Assembly (NCBI GenBank): GCA_016215455.1
Contig: JACRJP010000004.1
Location: 155,787 to 219,786 of the forward strand
DNA from: Candidatus Tayloriibacteriota bacterium
Lineage (GTDB): Bacteria; Patescibacteriota; Minisyncoccia; Phycocordibacterales; PALSA-1337
Reading direction: 5' to 3'
Length of the DNA stretch: 64,000 nt
The notes beneath the pieces were generated by a model. The model was not told the DNA's origin. It ran no database searches and saw only the letters and a program-made list of their open reading frames with translations. The translations under genes were made by a program, and so were the position numbers. This document shows, piece after piece, positions 19,440-30,037 of the stretch (positions are counted from its first letter, which is position 1; each line of letters begins with the position of its first letter).

Positions 19440-20168
19440 CTAATGACTTTCAGCAATACCTATAATCACATAGAGAACAAGGAAACCTAATACCGTCATT
19501 ACAGTAGTCCACTTTGTTGGATGTGAATGATGACTCTCTGGAATCAAATCACTTGCTCCAATATACAAGAAAGATCCACCAAAAATCGCTAGAAGTAACC
19601 CAAGGGTACTTGATGAAATACTAAAGAATGAACTCGCAATAACTCCGAGAACCGGTGCTGTAGCATTCACACACAACCATCGCAAAGCTGAAGATTTTGA
19701 ACCTTCATTCTTTACAATCATACCTACTGTATTAAGCCCATCAGAGAAATGGTGTGCAAGTACTGCAAGAGCTACCGTAAAACCAACGAGTGGAGAAACT
19801 TGGAAAGAAAGTCCAATTACAATACCGTCAAGAAAACTGTGAAAAGAAATGCTTCCTGCGCCGAGATACCCTCGCTTTGTCTGATGATGTTCGTGTGTAC
19901 AATCATCTCCATGAGAGTGGAGTAGGAAAAATCTATCAGCAATCATAAAAATAACAAAGCCAAGAGCAACTAAAGAAGTAATGAATCCTACCTCATAACT
20001 TCCCTCACCAAGCTCAATAGCTTCAGGCAAGAGTTCAAACAAAGCTACAGCAACAACTGCTCCAGCACTAAAGCCAAGAATTAAATGCAACTTGTCTTTA
20101 AAACGAAGTGCAAATAAGCCTCCAAGAACCGTTGCAATAAACACACCGATCGTAACAAATATCAACAT
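19440..20168 (-). CDS. ZIP-family metal transporter
   Basis: His-rich loop; HSFLDG, HHFSDG and DLIPESH motifs. Confidence 0.9.
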   Translation of the reverse strand: MLIFVTIGVFIATVLGGLFALRFKDKLHLILGFSAGAVVAVALFELLPEAIELGEGSYEVGFITSLVALGFVIFMIADRFFLLHSHGDDCTHEHHQTKRGYLGAGSISFHSFLDGIVIGLSFQVSPLVGFTVALAVLAHHFSDGLNTVGMIVKNEGSKSSALRWLCVNATAPVLGVIASSFFSISSSTLGLLLAIFGGSFLYIGASDLIPESHHSHPTKWTTVMTVLGFLVLYVIIGIAESH

Positions 20169-20174
20169 GGTATT

Positions 20175-20642
20175 TTAATGATAATTTTTAATAAACTCAA
20201 TAACTTCAGTAGGATGATCGGCTGGTGTTACTTTCTCAAAATGTCGTATAATCTTTCCTTCTTCATCAATAAGAAATGAATCGCGTTGAATGCCCATATA
20301 CTTTCGTCCATACATTGATTTCTGAACCCATACCCCATACTGATGTACCACCTTCTTATCAACATCAGCAAGTAGTGAAAAATTAAGAGATTCTTTTTCA
20401 CAAAACTTTTTATGTGAAGCTTCGGAATCAACACTGATACCGAGGATAACGGTATTGAGACGTGCAAACTCCTTCTCAAGATCACGGAAACCTTGGGCTT
20501 CAAGCGTACACCCTGATGTCATATCCTTTGGATAGAAATACAGGAGAACCTTCTTACCAAGATACGAAGAGAGACTTCGAGCTTCTCCTTCCTCATTATT
20601 AAGGGTGAAATCTGGAGCTTTGTTGCCTTCTTTGAGAGTCAT
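20175..20642 (-). CDS. bcp: Peroxiredoxin Bcp
   Basis: YFYPKDMTSGCTLEA motif. Confidence 0.93.
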   Translation of the reverse strand: MTLKEGNKAPDFTLNNEEGEARSLSSYLGKKVLLYFYPKDMTSGCTLEAQGFRDLEKEFARLNTVILGISVDSEASHKKFCEKESLNFSLLADVDKKVVHQYGVWVQKSMYGRKYMGIQRDSFLIDEEGKIIRHFEKVTPADHPTEVIEFIKNYH

Positions 20643-20708
20643 GGTGGAAGAATTAGAGATATTTCCTATAAGACTATGCTACAATAACGCCATTAACTAT
20701 AGCACAAT

Positions 20709-21446
20709 ATGGAACCAACACCACAAAAACAAGGAATCAATCTACCGACAGCAATTGTCATCGCTGCCCTCCTCATTGCAGGAGCAATAGTATGGAATAA
20801 GCCGGCTCAAGTTATTCCAGGAGCTCAACAAAAAGCACCTGAGAATGTACTCGCGCCAGTAACATCAGAAGATCATGTTCTTGGAAATGAAAATGCGCAA
20901 GTATTCATCGTCGAGTATTCTGATACAGCATGTCCATTCTGTAAACTCTTCCACGTTACGATGAAAAAAATCATGGAGAGTTACGGGAAGCAAGGAAATG
21001 TAGCATGGGTGTATCGTCACTTCCCTCTCGATAAACCAAATGCAGAAGGTTTTATCCTCCATCCAAATGCAGGACGTGAAGCACAAGCTCTTGAATGTGC
21101 AGCTGACATTGGTGGTAATGAAGCTTTCTGGACATACACCAATCGACTCTACGACATAACACCATCAGTTACTTCTCAATCACCTCAGGGTCTCGATCAA
21201 ACACAGCTTTACAAAATAGCTGAATTTACAGGACTTGATGCAGCAAAATTCAAGACTTGTCTTGATAGTGGTAAATTCAAAGAAAAAGTTGAAGAATCAT
21301 ACCTCGAAGGAGTTAACGCGGGTGTAGCAGGAACTCCATACAGTTTCATTATCACTCGAAGTGGAAAGAAGGCTCCAATCAATGGTGCTCGATCATACAA
21401 TGAAGTAAAGGCAGCGATTGACGCAATGCTTGCTCAGGAAAACTAA
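20709..21446 (+). CDS. DsbA-family thiol-disulfide oxidoreductase
   Basis: N-terminal anchor; EYSDTACPFC, YRHFPL and GTP cis-Pro motifs. Confidence 0.9.
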   Translation: MEPTPQKQGINLPTAIVIAALLIAGAIVWNKPAQVIPGAQQKAPENVLAPVTSEDHVLGNENAQVFIVEYSDTACPFCKLFHVTMKKIMESYGKQGNVAWVYRHFPLDKPNAEGFILHPNAGREAQALECAADIGGNEAFWTYTNRLYDITPSVTSQSPQGLDQTQLYKIAEFTGLDAAKFKTCLDSGKFKEKVEESYLEGVNAGVAGTPYSFIITRSGKKAPINGARSYNEVKAAIDAMLAQEN

Positions 21447-24400
21447 GCGGTAAGAATTTTACCGAGACGACAATATTCGCAATCTTTTTCACCGCAACCA
21501 TGCTGTGCAAATTCTCCGCGAATGATCTCATGTGCCACTCGTACAACAGTTTCTTGTAGTTCACCAACTTCTTCATCAGTCACTTCAAAACGTTCTTTTT
21601 TATACTCACCTTTTGCAGTGGGTTCTATGAAGTCGAGTTCGCCTGAAGCAAACACATAGCGTTTTCGTTCATCATTCTCGAGAAGAATTCGATAGAAGGT
21701 AAGCTGACGTTTATAATTACCATCTGAATTCTTTGTTTTTCCTTCAATCTCATTACGTGTCTTTGGTTTGCCTGTTTTATAGTCCACCACATTCACCTTA
21801 TTATCTCCATCTAGAATTTCAATTTTATCAAGTTGACCCTTGAGCAATAGATTGATCTTTGTATCATTCACTGTAAGTGGAATATGAACACCTGCCACTC
21901 CAAATTCAGTAACCAATGCCTTATTCCATGAACCTTTGTATGTATCATAATATCCTCCCAAAGATTCATTTCCTTTCTTGAGGCTATCTTTAAAATCTTT
22001 TTCAGAGATGGGTTGAACCGAAAGATTGTGTTCAAAGAGTTTAAGGAAATCCTTCTTCGTCATCGTCTCATCTTCTTTATACTTATTGAAAAATGTTCGG
22101 AGGGTCTCATGAACAGCAGTACCGTACATTTGATGTTTACTTTTTGCTTGAGGTAAGCGAACAAGGTTAACAAAGAAATACTCCCAAGCACATTTCAAAT
22201 AGTTATTAAGGGCTGTAACTGACAAACCTTGATTAATAAAGATATCAAATAGATATTCAGAATTTTTGAGAGACGTATTTTCAGTCGAGGAACGAGCGGT
22301 CTTTGTGTGATGCAATAACGCAAGTCCAATTGCATCTTCATGTGATTTGATAACATCGGGAGAAATTCGCTCAAGGAATTGACCATCTATTTCTTCTATA
22401 AACTGAGTTGGTAACTGTTCACGACCATCAACTCCAGCTTTGGAATATGAAATTGTAATATGTTTTTTAGCTCGTGTGAGTGCTACATAAAAGAGTCGTC
22501 GTTCATCGTCAATATGACCCGTTGTTCCCCCAACAAGACCGTCAAGGTGAAACTGTTGTCGATTTGTTACATTACCCCAATGACCGTCATAGCAACCAAT
22601 AATATAGACACAATCGAACTCAAGACCTTTCGATCGATGAGCTGTCATGAGTCGTACACCTTTACGCGATGTACTTCCTGAGCCTTTTATAAGAAGTCCG
22701 TGCTCTCGTACCAATTCTATATAATGAAGAAAATCTTCAAGTCGATATTCTTTTTTAACCCCCGCCATCTTACGCACCTCGATAAAGAACGAATCGAGAA
22801 CAGAAAGACGTTCAAGACTATCATTACCCTTCATCAAGGAATCAAGAAAACCAGAATCACGAATAATCTTCTCGAACATATCAATGAATGCCGTATGACG
22901 AGCATCTTGTGACCATGCCTGAATCTTAAGGTGTGTAGTAGTTATCTGTGCAGGATCACTCACACGAGCTTCTTCAAGTAAGACTTTTGATCTACAAACC
23001 TCATAGATAGGAAGTCTCTTATGTGAAGCAGTTTGGAGAATCTTATACACATCAAGAGATGAAATACCGAAAAAATCATTAAAAAGAACCTTTCCCCATA
23101 ATTCAGAATTTGCTAAGTCACCGAGCAATAAAAATAATGTGAGTAATTTTTCAACATCAGGATGTTTCAAAATATCTTGATCTGATTCAATACGAAATTC
23201 AACTCCAGCACGATCCAAGGCATGCGCCATAGCAAAGGCATCTCCATTATTTCGATAAAGGATCGCTATATCTTCAGACGGAGTCCCTTCTTTTATTATA
23301 CGCGCAACATCTTGAGCGATAAAAATATGTTCATAGTCATACTTAGAAAATTCATAGACTGAGATCATACGATTGTTCTCTTTCCCATGTGCCTGAAGAC
23401 GGACTCGTTCAGTTCCTTGAGCCGTATGATCAATCAAACTATGTGATGCATCGAGAATATACTGAGATGATCGATAATTAGTCTGTAGATTAATAACAAC
23501 AGCATTGGGATACAACTTTTTAAAATATAAAAAGTTAGCGAGCGATGCACCCTGGAAACGAAAGATTGCCTGTTTTTCATCACCTACAATAAAAAGATTC
23601 GGAGTATCATGAAAATTCGATAATAATTCGAGAATGGCATTTTGAGCACTGTTAGCATCCTGATGTTCATCAGCCAAAATATATTGATATGTCTCTTGAA
23701 GAATCAAACGAAAGTCATCATCTGATGAAAGAGCTTTTACAAATTCAATGATCATATCTTCAAAGTCGTACATCTTTTGAGTACGCAAAGATTTCTCATA
23801 CGCTCTATATATCAACAACAGTTCTTTGTTTTTGTGTATCTGTTTCTCCTTATCAATCCACTCACCCTTCATTTTCCCTTTATGCGCACCTTTACTGTGA
23901 ATTTTATCGGGATTATCAGCAAAATCTTTCTCTGATTGCTGAATATACATCTCTAACTTTTCAGGAGAAACACCTTCTCGTTTAAGATTTTTTATTTGAC
24001 CCAAAACACCACGAACGTAGTGCAGAGGATCTCCATATGGACGAAGTAGATCAAGATCTTCTTCAGTGATACATTTCTCAACGATCTTTGTTTGATCGAC
24101 ATCAGTGATTGCCACAGAACCAATACTTCGAGGAAATCTTTCAGGATATTGCATAATAACTGAGTTCGCAAAACCATGGAATGTAGTGATGGTAACTTTA
24201 TACGCAGCAGTACCAATAATATCGAGAAGTTTCTTTCTCATTGCATGTACTCCTGATTCAGTAAATGTAAGAGCAAGAATATTTTCAGGGGCAGTATCCG
24301 TAGTCCGTAAAATATTTGCAATACGCAATGTAAGGATAGATGTCTTACCAGTACCTGGCCCTGCAATAACCATTACAGGACCTTCAATAGTATCGACAGC

Positions 24401-24457
24401 TCGACGCTGTTCGGTGTTTAATTTTTTATACAGAGAATCAAAAACACTCGTATTCAT
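21443..24457 (-). CDS. UvrD/PcrA-type helicase fused to a C-terminal PD-(D/E)XK nuclease
   Basis: AGPGTGKT, DEHQD, GDEKQAIF, KGLEF and YVALTRA; C-terminal GQLDKIE..VVDYKTG with four Cys; start moved to MNTSV. Confidence 0.9.
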   Translation of the reverse strand: MNTSVFDSLYKKLNTEQRRAVDTIEGPVMVIAGPGTGKTSILTLRIANILRTTDTAPENILALTFTESGVHAMRKKLLDIIGTAAYKVTITTFHGFANSVIMQYPERFPRSIGSVAITDVDQTKIVEKCITEEDLDLLRPYGDPLHYVRGVLGQIKNLKREGVSPEKLEMYIQQSEKDFADNPDKIHSKGAHKGKMKGEWIDKEKQIHKNKELLLIYRAYEKSLRTQKMYDFEDMIIEFVKALSSDDDFRLILQETYQYILADEHQDANSAQNAILELLSNFHDTPNLFIVGDEKQAIFRFQGASLANFLYFKKLYPNAVVINLQTNYRSSQYILDASHSLIDHTAQGTERVRLQAHGKENNRMISVYEFSKYDYEHIFIAQDVARIIKEGTPSEDIAILYRNNGDAFAMAHALDRAGVEFRIESDQDILKHPDVEKLLTLFLLLGDLANSELWGKVLFNDFFGISSLDVYKILQTASHKRLPIYEVCRSKVLLEEARVSDPAQITTTHLKIQAWSQDARHTAFIDMFEKIIRDSGFLDSLMKGNDSLERLSVLDSFFIEVRKMAGVKKEYRLEDFLHYIELVREHGLLIKGSGSTSRKGVRLMTAHRSKGLEFDCVYIIGCYDGHWGNVTNRQQFHLDGLVGGTTGHIDDERRLFYVALTRAKKHITISYSKAGVDGREQLPTQFIEEIDGQFLERISPDVIKSHEDAIGLALLHHTKTARSSTENTSLKNSEYLFDIFINQGLSVTALNNYLKCAWEYFFVNLVRLPQAKSKHQMYGTAVHETLRTFFNKYKEDETMTKKDFLKLFEHNLSVQPISEKDFKDSLKKGNESLGGYYDTYKGSWNKALVTEFGVAGVHIPLTVNDTKINLLLKGQLDKIEILDGDNKVNVVDYKTGKPKTRNEIEGKTKNSDGNYKRQLTFYRILLENDERKRYVFASGELDFIEPTAKGEYKKERFEVTDEEVGELQETVVRVAHEIIRGEFAQHGCGEKDCEYCRLGKILTA

Positions 24458-24555
24458 AGGCTCATTATACTCTTTGCTCTCGTCAAAATTATGTTGCCAA
24501 ACTGAATACTTCAATGTATAATAATCTACCTATAATAAAAAATAATATAACCCTC

Positions 24556-26175
24556 ATGCATTTCTTTCTGAGTCGCCTACAGAGTAATTGGAAGTCAGGT
24601 CTTACAGTCGCTCTTGTATCGGTTCCCATGTCAGTCTCTCTCGCTGTTGCTTCAGGAACAAATCCAACTGTCGGTATCATCACCGCTGTATGGGCAGGAC
24701 TCCTTGGTGCAATCTTTGGAGGAAGTCACTTCGACATCATGGGTCCTGCAGGTGCTCTCTCAGGAATCCTTGCAGCTTTCGCTCTTCAGCAAGGAGCTCA
24801 TCTCCTTCCAATGCTTGCTATCGTCACTGGTGTTATTGTCTTCATCTCATACGCACTTCGTTTCGAAAAATATCTTACATTCATCCCTGCAAGTACAGTT
24901 CATGGCTTTACCCTTGGTGTTGGCCTCATTTTGGCCTTTGGACAAATGGGATTCGCTTTTGGTCTACCTACCCTTCCACGACATCAAGAATTTTTTGCTA
25001 ATGTCATCGAAGCATTCAAACATATAGGTTCATCTCATATTCCTACAACAATTACATTCATTGTGACCCTTGCTCTCATGTTTGTGTTCCTTAAATATGT
25101 TAAAAAAGTTCCTCCAGCAATCATCGTTACACCTTTCGCTATTCTCCTCGGTTATCTCGGATATATTGGTGAATTGCCATTTGCACTTCAAACTCTTGGT
25201 GAAAAGTTTCCGAATATCAGTTCAACACTTTTCATTCTTCCAACATTTCATATTGATGTGAAGTTACTCACTACAGCTCTCACAGTTGCGTTCGTAGCAA
25301 TCCTCGAAACAATGCTCTGCGGTAAAGTAGCTGATGGAATGACTGGTACCAAATACAATCGCCGTAAAGAAATGTTTGGTCTTTCAATCGCAAACATCGG
25401 AGCAGGTCTTGCTGGTGGTCTTCCTGCTACAGCAGTTCTCGCCCGAACAGCTCTCAATGCAAAATCTGGAGCAAATCATAAGATGTCACAAGGTATTAAT
25501 GCTGTGTTTGTCGCAATCATCTCTCTCGTCTTCTTAGGGACATTCAAATACATCCCCCTCTCTGTTATCGCAGCTATTCTTGTCTTCACATCAATTCGCA
25601 TGATCGAAAGTCATCATTTCATTCGAATGTATCGCTATGACAAAATAAGTTTTGGCCTATCTCTCATAGTTGCTTTTGCAACACTGTATTGGGACCCAAC
25701 TATTGGAATTCTTGTTGGAACAGCAGTGTCACTCCTCTTCTTTGTCGAAAAGATTTCAAAGGGACAGTTTGAACTTATCGCAAATGACATTGCTCAGAAA
25801 GCAATCGTCGACAGAATTTCAGGGGTTACCATAAAGACCTTGCCAGAAAACTGCGACACACTCGTATATTCAGTTAAAGGAGAACTCGCATATATCAATG
25901 CACAAGCACATATTAGTCGATTCGAAACAATACCAGATCACCATAAAAATATCGTGTTGCGTATGCGAGAACTTTCATTCATCGACCTCGACGGAGTTGA
26001 TGCATTTGATGAAATCGTTGATATTCTTGAAAAACAAGGAAAGAAAGTACTCGTAACTGGTATCAATCCAATTCTCGAAAAAAGTTTTGCTGATAGTAAG
26101 GCGTACACAAGACTTACTGAATCTAAGCTTGTATTTGAACGAACAGGTCACGCACTTAGCTCTCTTGGGTACTAG
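24556..26175 (+). CDS. SulP/SLC26 anion permease with STAS domain
   Basis: SGLTVALVSVPMS, GPAGAL, ARTALN, and STAS motif FIDLDG; start moved to MHFFL. Confidence 0.92.
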   Translation: MHFFLSRLQSNWKSGLTVALVSVPMSVSLAVASGTNPTVGIITAVWAGLLGAIFGGSHFDIMGPAGALSGILAAFALQQGAHLLPMLAIVTGVIVFISYALRFEKYLTFIPASTVHGFTLGVGLILAFGQMGFAFGLPTLPRHQEFFANVIEAFKHIGSSHIPTTITFIVTLALMFVFLKYVKKVPPAIIVTPFAILLGYLGYIGELPFALQTLGEKFPNISSTLFILPTFHIDVKLLTTALTVAFVAILETMLCGKVADGMTGTKYNRRKEMFGLSIANIGAGLAGGLPATAVLARTALNAKSGANHKMSQGINAVFVAIISLVFLGTFKYIPLSVIAAILVFTSIRMIESHHFIRMYRYDKISFGLSLIVAFATLYWDPTIGILVGTAVSLLFFVEKISKGQFELIANDIAQKAIVDRISGVTIKTLPENCDTLVYSVKGELAYINAQAHISRFETIPDHHKNIVLRMRELSFIDLDGVDAFDEIVDILEKQGKKVLVTGINPILEKSFADSKAYTRLTESKLVFERTGHALSSLGY

Positions 26176-26195
26176 AAGGATATACACACGATCTG

Positions 26196-26799
26196 TTGAC
26201 AGATAATAATCTCAGTAGTAGAATTGTTCGCTAGATCCATCGTAACTGTTCCACCCTATACCCCAGTATGCCTCACGACGCAACAACAGTAGCGGAAGGA
26301 CCGCTAGCTCCCGTCAAAGTGTTCGCGATCACATGTCGCGATCCGAGATTCAAACCCTTCTTTTTGAAACTCCTTGAGGGAATCACAGAAGGGATCACGA
26401 ATGGCTACTTCCGACTGACACAGTTTGGAGGAATTGCTCACCTGAGTGAAAACCTCCCTATCAGTCGCCGCTTCGCCCGATCCATCACCGATGAGATGGT
26501 CATGGGCTGTGGCTTGATGAAACCCGAGGAGCTTGTCCTCGTAACTCATCAGAACTGCGCCGGTTGCAAGACCCTCAACTACATCACAGACGGTGAAGAG
26601 GATGCGGTATTCCAGAAACGAAAACTGGTGGCCGCCACACGGAAACTCCTTCCTCTCGCCCGTCGTTGCGACACCCTCGCGACGATCAGATGTTTCCATG
26701 TGTATGCGAACGGCACATGGGAGGAATTGGCTCCGACTCCCGTAAAACGGCGTCGAAAGAAATCTAAGGCTTGACCGAAGAATTTCAACAATTTTTATT
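26196..26799 (+). other. Orphan transcription unit 6
   Basis: TTGACA 26196-26201, 17 nt, TAGAAT 26219-26224, AGA at 26233, ORF 26268-26774, TTTTTATT 26792-26799. Confidence 0.75.
26268..26774 (+). CDS. Beta-carbonic-anhydrase-like protein
   Basis: Zinc-ligand motifs C-R-D-P-R and H-Q-N-C, plus FGG. Confidence 0.7.
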   Translation: MPHDATTVAEGPLAPVKVFAITCRDPRFKPFFLKLLEGITEGITNGYFRLTQFGGIAHLSENLPISRRFARSITDEMVMGCGLMKPEELVLVTHQNCAGCKTLNYITDGEEDAVFQKRKLVAATRKLLPLARRCDTLATIRCFHVYANGTWEELAPTPVKRRRKKSKA

Positions 26800-26836
26800 C
26801 AACAAAAAACCGACATAGTATGTCGGTTTTTTGTTG
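26800..26836. terminator. Bidirectional terminator hairpin downstream of rpoD
   Basis: CAACAAAAAACCGACATA-G-TATGTCGGTTTTTTGTTG, an 18-bp perfect inverted repeat. Confidence 0.85.
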
Positions 26837-26844
26837 TGTTGAAA

Positions 26845-28086
26845 TTAGTAGTTCTTCAATCGATTAATACGATCATGTTGACGAATCTTTTCGTGAGCCT
26901 TAGCTTCAATCTGACGAATACGTTCACGAGTCACTCCGAATTCCTTCCCCACTTCCTCAAGTGTATGTGTAATACCGTCAATCAAACCATGACGCATCTC
27001 AAGAATCTTTCGTTCCTTAATTGAAAGATCATCAAGAATCTCACGTACCTGATCACTCAAAATACGTCGAGATGATTCTTGATCCGGTGAAAGAATCTTA
27101 TCATCAAACAAAAAGTCACCAAGAGTAGATCGTCCTTCATCACTATCATCACCTACTGGAGCTTCAAGAGAAACAGTATCCTGATCAATCTTTTCGATCT
27201 GATATATCTTATCAACATCCAATCCCATTTCTGTTGCAATTTCTTCTGCAAGAGGTTCACGACCAAGGTCCTGACTCAAACGTCGCACTACCTGCTTGTA
27301 CTTCGCTATAGTTTCAACCATGTGTACTGGAACTCGAATAGTTCGAGACTGATCAGCAAGCGCTCGAGTAATTGCCTGACGGATCCACCATGTTGCGTAT
27401 GTTGAGAATTTGAAGCCCTTTGTCCAGTCGAATTTATCAACTGCTTTGAAAAGACCAAGGTTACCTTCCTGAATGAGATCAAGAAGTGTGAGGTCGGGTG
27501 ATCGGCCAACATACTTCTTTGCAATAGAAACAACGAGACGTAGGTTTGCTCGAGCAAGAAGATTCTTTGCTTCACTATCACCAGCAATGATGCGACGAGC
27601 CAACTCCTTTTCCATAGCAGCTGATACAAGAGAATACTGACCAATCTCTTTAAGGTACATCTGGATCGAATCGTATGAAGAGTCTGCTGAACGAGCACCG
27701 TAGGTATACTTCTTTGTTTGTACTGGTTCAGGCTCTACTTCGAGAAGTCCACCTCCTTCGAGAACATCAACCCCTGCTTCATTAAACTTTGAGTACAAAT
27801 CATCGAGGAATGTAATATCAGTTTCGATTGTTGGAAATTCCTTAAGAATTTCATCAAATGTCACAAAACCTCGCTCCTTACCTTTGACGATAAGTCGATT
27901 TGCCTTTGTTTCAAATTCTTTTGCCTTTTGTGCACCTGCGAGCTTTTTTACTGGCGCAGTTTTAGGAACCTTGTTTGTAGGCTTCTTATTTTTTGATATT
28001 GGTTTCTTTTGTTGTGCCACCTTTTTATTGAGAACTTTCGCTTTCACCACCTTCTTCTTCGAATGTGTTTTTGTTGTGCGCTTCAT
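26845..28086 (-). CDS. rpoD: Primary sigma factor RpoD
   Basis: ANLRLVVSIAKKY, DLIQEGN, FSTYATWWIRQAITR and TRERIRQIE motifs. Confidence 0.97.
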   Translation of the reverse strand: MKRTTKTHSKKKVVKAKVLNKKVAQQKKPISKNKKPTNKVPKTAPVKKLAGAQKAKEFETKANRLIVKGKERGFVTFDEILKEFPTIETDITFLDDLYSKFNEAGVDVLEGGGLLEVEPEPVQTKKYTYGARSADSSYDSIQMYLKEIGQYSLVSAAMEKELARRIIAGDSEAKNLLARANLRLVVSIAKKYVGRSPDLTLLDLIQEGNLGLFKAVDKFDWTKGFKFSTYATWWIRQAITRALADQSRTIRVPVHMVETIAKYKQVVRRLSQDLGREPLAEEIATEMGLDVDKIYQIEKIDQDTVSLEAPVGDDSDEGRSTLGDFLFDDKILSPDQESSRRILSDQVREILDDLSIKERKILEMRHGLIDGITHTLEEVGKEFGVTRERIRQIEAKAHEKIRQHDRINRLKNY

Positions 28087-28138
28087 ATGAAATATCGATT
28101 ATAGTACCTTACTTTTTAAGGAAATACAAGGGGTCTCA

Positions 28139-29965
28139 CTAGAAGATCTTTGCACTCTTTCGAGTTGATATCTCTCTCATCTTTTCAGTTAAATCCTTAC
28201 ACATATTGAGTAATTCGGTCGCTTTCGATGCATCCTTATCACGCTCAGCCCCTGACAACGCCACCATAGTCTCTGTAAACTTGAGTTTTAGAATATCTTC
28301 TTCCAAATTCAAAAGAAGTTCCTCGACTGATGCCTTAAAACCTTTTGCCGCTGCTGGATCACCAAAACGAGCCTCCGCTTCAAGAATGAGTTCACTTGTT
28401 CGAAGACCAAACTGTGCTGATAGATCAGAATATGAAGCGCCAAGTATACGTTCAAGTTCACTACGAAGATTCATCGGATCAATATTAAAAATATCTTTTC
28501 GTTCTTTTTTCTCTTCAAGGAAAAATACTACACCAAATAAATGTCTGAGAATTGCATCCTGCTTATCAAACTTTTGCTTTGCTTGTGTTACAAAAGTTGA
28601 AGAAGACGGTGTACCTGAAGTGATCGCTTTTGCTTGTTTTGAAATAACATCTTTAAGATCCTCGCGGATAGCATCTTCTCCAAGACCAGCAACATCATGT
28701 ATCTTTCGAACGTACTGATCACGTTGCATTGCTCCATCAAGCCGAGCAATATAAGGAAGTACTCTTGTTTTGATTTCCTTTGGTAAATCTCTTTTAGCAA
28801 CACTTTTAACTACCGTATCAAGTTCGAAATCAATGACATGCTTTGCTTCACGCAAAACCTGTTTCCATTGTTCTTTATCAGCAAGTACAAGGTCAGCGGG
28901 GTCTTTTCCTTCAGGAAGATCAGCGATTTTTACTTCCATCCCCAATGACAAAGCAATTTGAGCTGAACGCATTGCTGCATTTCTTCCCGCTTTATCAGAA
29001 TCAAATGCCAAAATGATATTTGGAGAAAGTCGACGAACAATACCAAGATTGTTGACGACATTTTCTTCAGTAACAACTGAATCTTTAAGGGCTGTACCTG
29101 AAACAGCTACAGTGTTTTTAATTCCAGCCTGATGTGACAATGTGAGATCCATCTGACCTTCAACAAGAATCGTATAGTTTCGAGCACGGATCTCTGTCTT
29201 TGCTTTATCAATACCAAAAAGTACTTCTGATTTTTTGAAAAGTATCGTATCAGGACTATTGAGATATTTTGCTGACTTACCATCATCATGAACAATACGC
29301 CCTGAAAATGCTATGACACGACCACTCGAGTCTGATATAGGGAAAATGATACGGTCTCGAAAACGGTCATATGGGCGAGGTTCTTCCCCTCTTCCTATAG
29401 CCTTTCCAGAGCCTCCCTCAGCCTTTTCTGGTCTCTTTACCAAACCTGCCTGTTCGAGCTCTATATCGCTAAATTTGAGCGTTTTAAGGTGGGTATACAG
29501 GCTTCTCCACTCATTCGGAGCATATCCAATACGAAAATGCTCAATCGTAGCGTCTGTGAGACCACGACTATGAATATATGCTCGAGCTTCAGAATTAGTC
29601 TTAAGACGACTCTGAAAAAAATCAGTTGCTGCCTCCATGACTGCAAGCATTCTTTCTCGGGTATCCTTACTCTCTGATTTTTCAAAAGTAAGTTCAACTC
29701 CAGCTTTCTGAGCTAATAACTTGAGTGCGCCCATGAAATCCAAACCTTCAAACTGTTGAACGAAACTAAAAATGTCTCCCTTCGCATTACAACCAAAGCA
29801 ATAGTATGTTCCCCGATCCGGTGACACAAAAAAAGAAGGTGTCTTTTCGTTATGGAATGGACACTTCCCTTTGAGACTACTTCCTGTACGATCAAGCTTT
29901 ACATACTCACCAATGAGGTCAGCAATGTTAAGTTTCTCTTTAATCTTTTCTACCGGCGTCGACAT
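28139..29965 (-). CDS. dnaG: DNA primase
   Basis: CPFHNEKTPSF zinc finger; KYLNSPDT, EGQMD and FDSDKAG motifs. Confidence 0.97.
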   Translation of the reverse strand: MSTPVEKIKEKLNIADLIGEYVKLDRTGSSLKGKCPFHNEKTPSFFVSPDRGTYYCFGCNAKGDIFSFVQQFEGLDFMGALKLLAQKAGVELTFEKSESKDTRERMLAVMEAATDFFQSRLKTNSEARAYIHSRGLTDATIEHFRIGYAPNEWRSLYTHLKTLKFSDIELEQAGLVKRPEKAEGGSGKAIGRGEEPRPYDRFRDRIIFPISDSSGRVIAFSGRIVHDDGKSAKYLNSPDTILFKKSEVLFGIDKAKTEIRARNYTILVEGQMDLTLSHQAGIKNTVAVSGTALKDSVVTEENVVNNLGIVRRLSPNIILAFDSDKAGRNAAMRSAQIALSLGMEVKIADLPEGKDPADLVLADKEQWKQVLREAKHVIDFELDTVVKSVAKRDLPKEIKTRVLPYIARLDGAMQRDQYVRKIHDVAGLGEDAIREDLKDVISKQAKAITSGTPSSSTFVTQAKQKFDKQDAILRHLFGVVFFLEEKKERKDIFNIDPMNLRSELERILGASYSDLSAQFGLRTSELILEAEARFGDPAAAKGFKASVEELLLNLEEDILKLKFTETMVALSGAERDKDASKATELLNMCKDLTEKMREISTRKSAKIF

Positions 29966-30010
29966 GTAGCAATTATACAGAACTACGGAGGTTAATAAAG
30001 ACTAGCGGAC

Positions 30011-30037
30011 AAGCAATATTTGAGCTACAAAATAAAA
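30011..30037. repeat. 27-bp direct repeat, copy 1 (copy 2 at 31664-31690)
   Basis: AAGCAATATTTGAGCTACAAAATAAAA versus AAGCAATATTTAAGCTACAAAATAAAA (26/27 identical). Confidence 0.9.
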
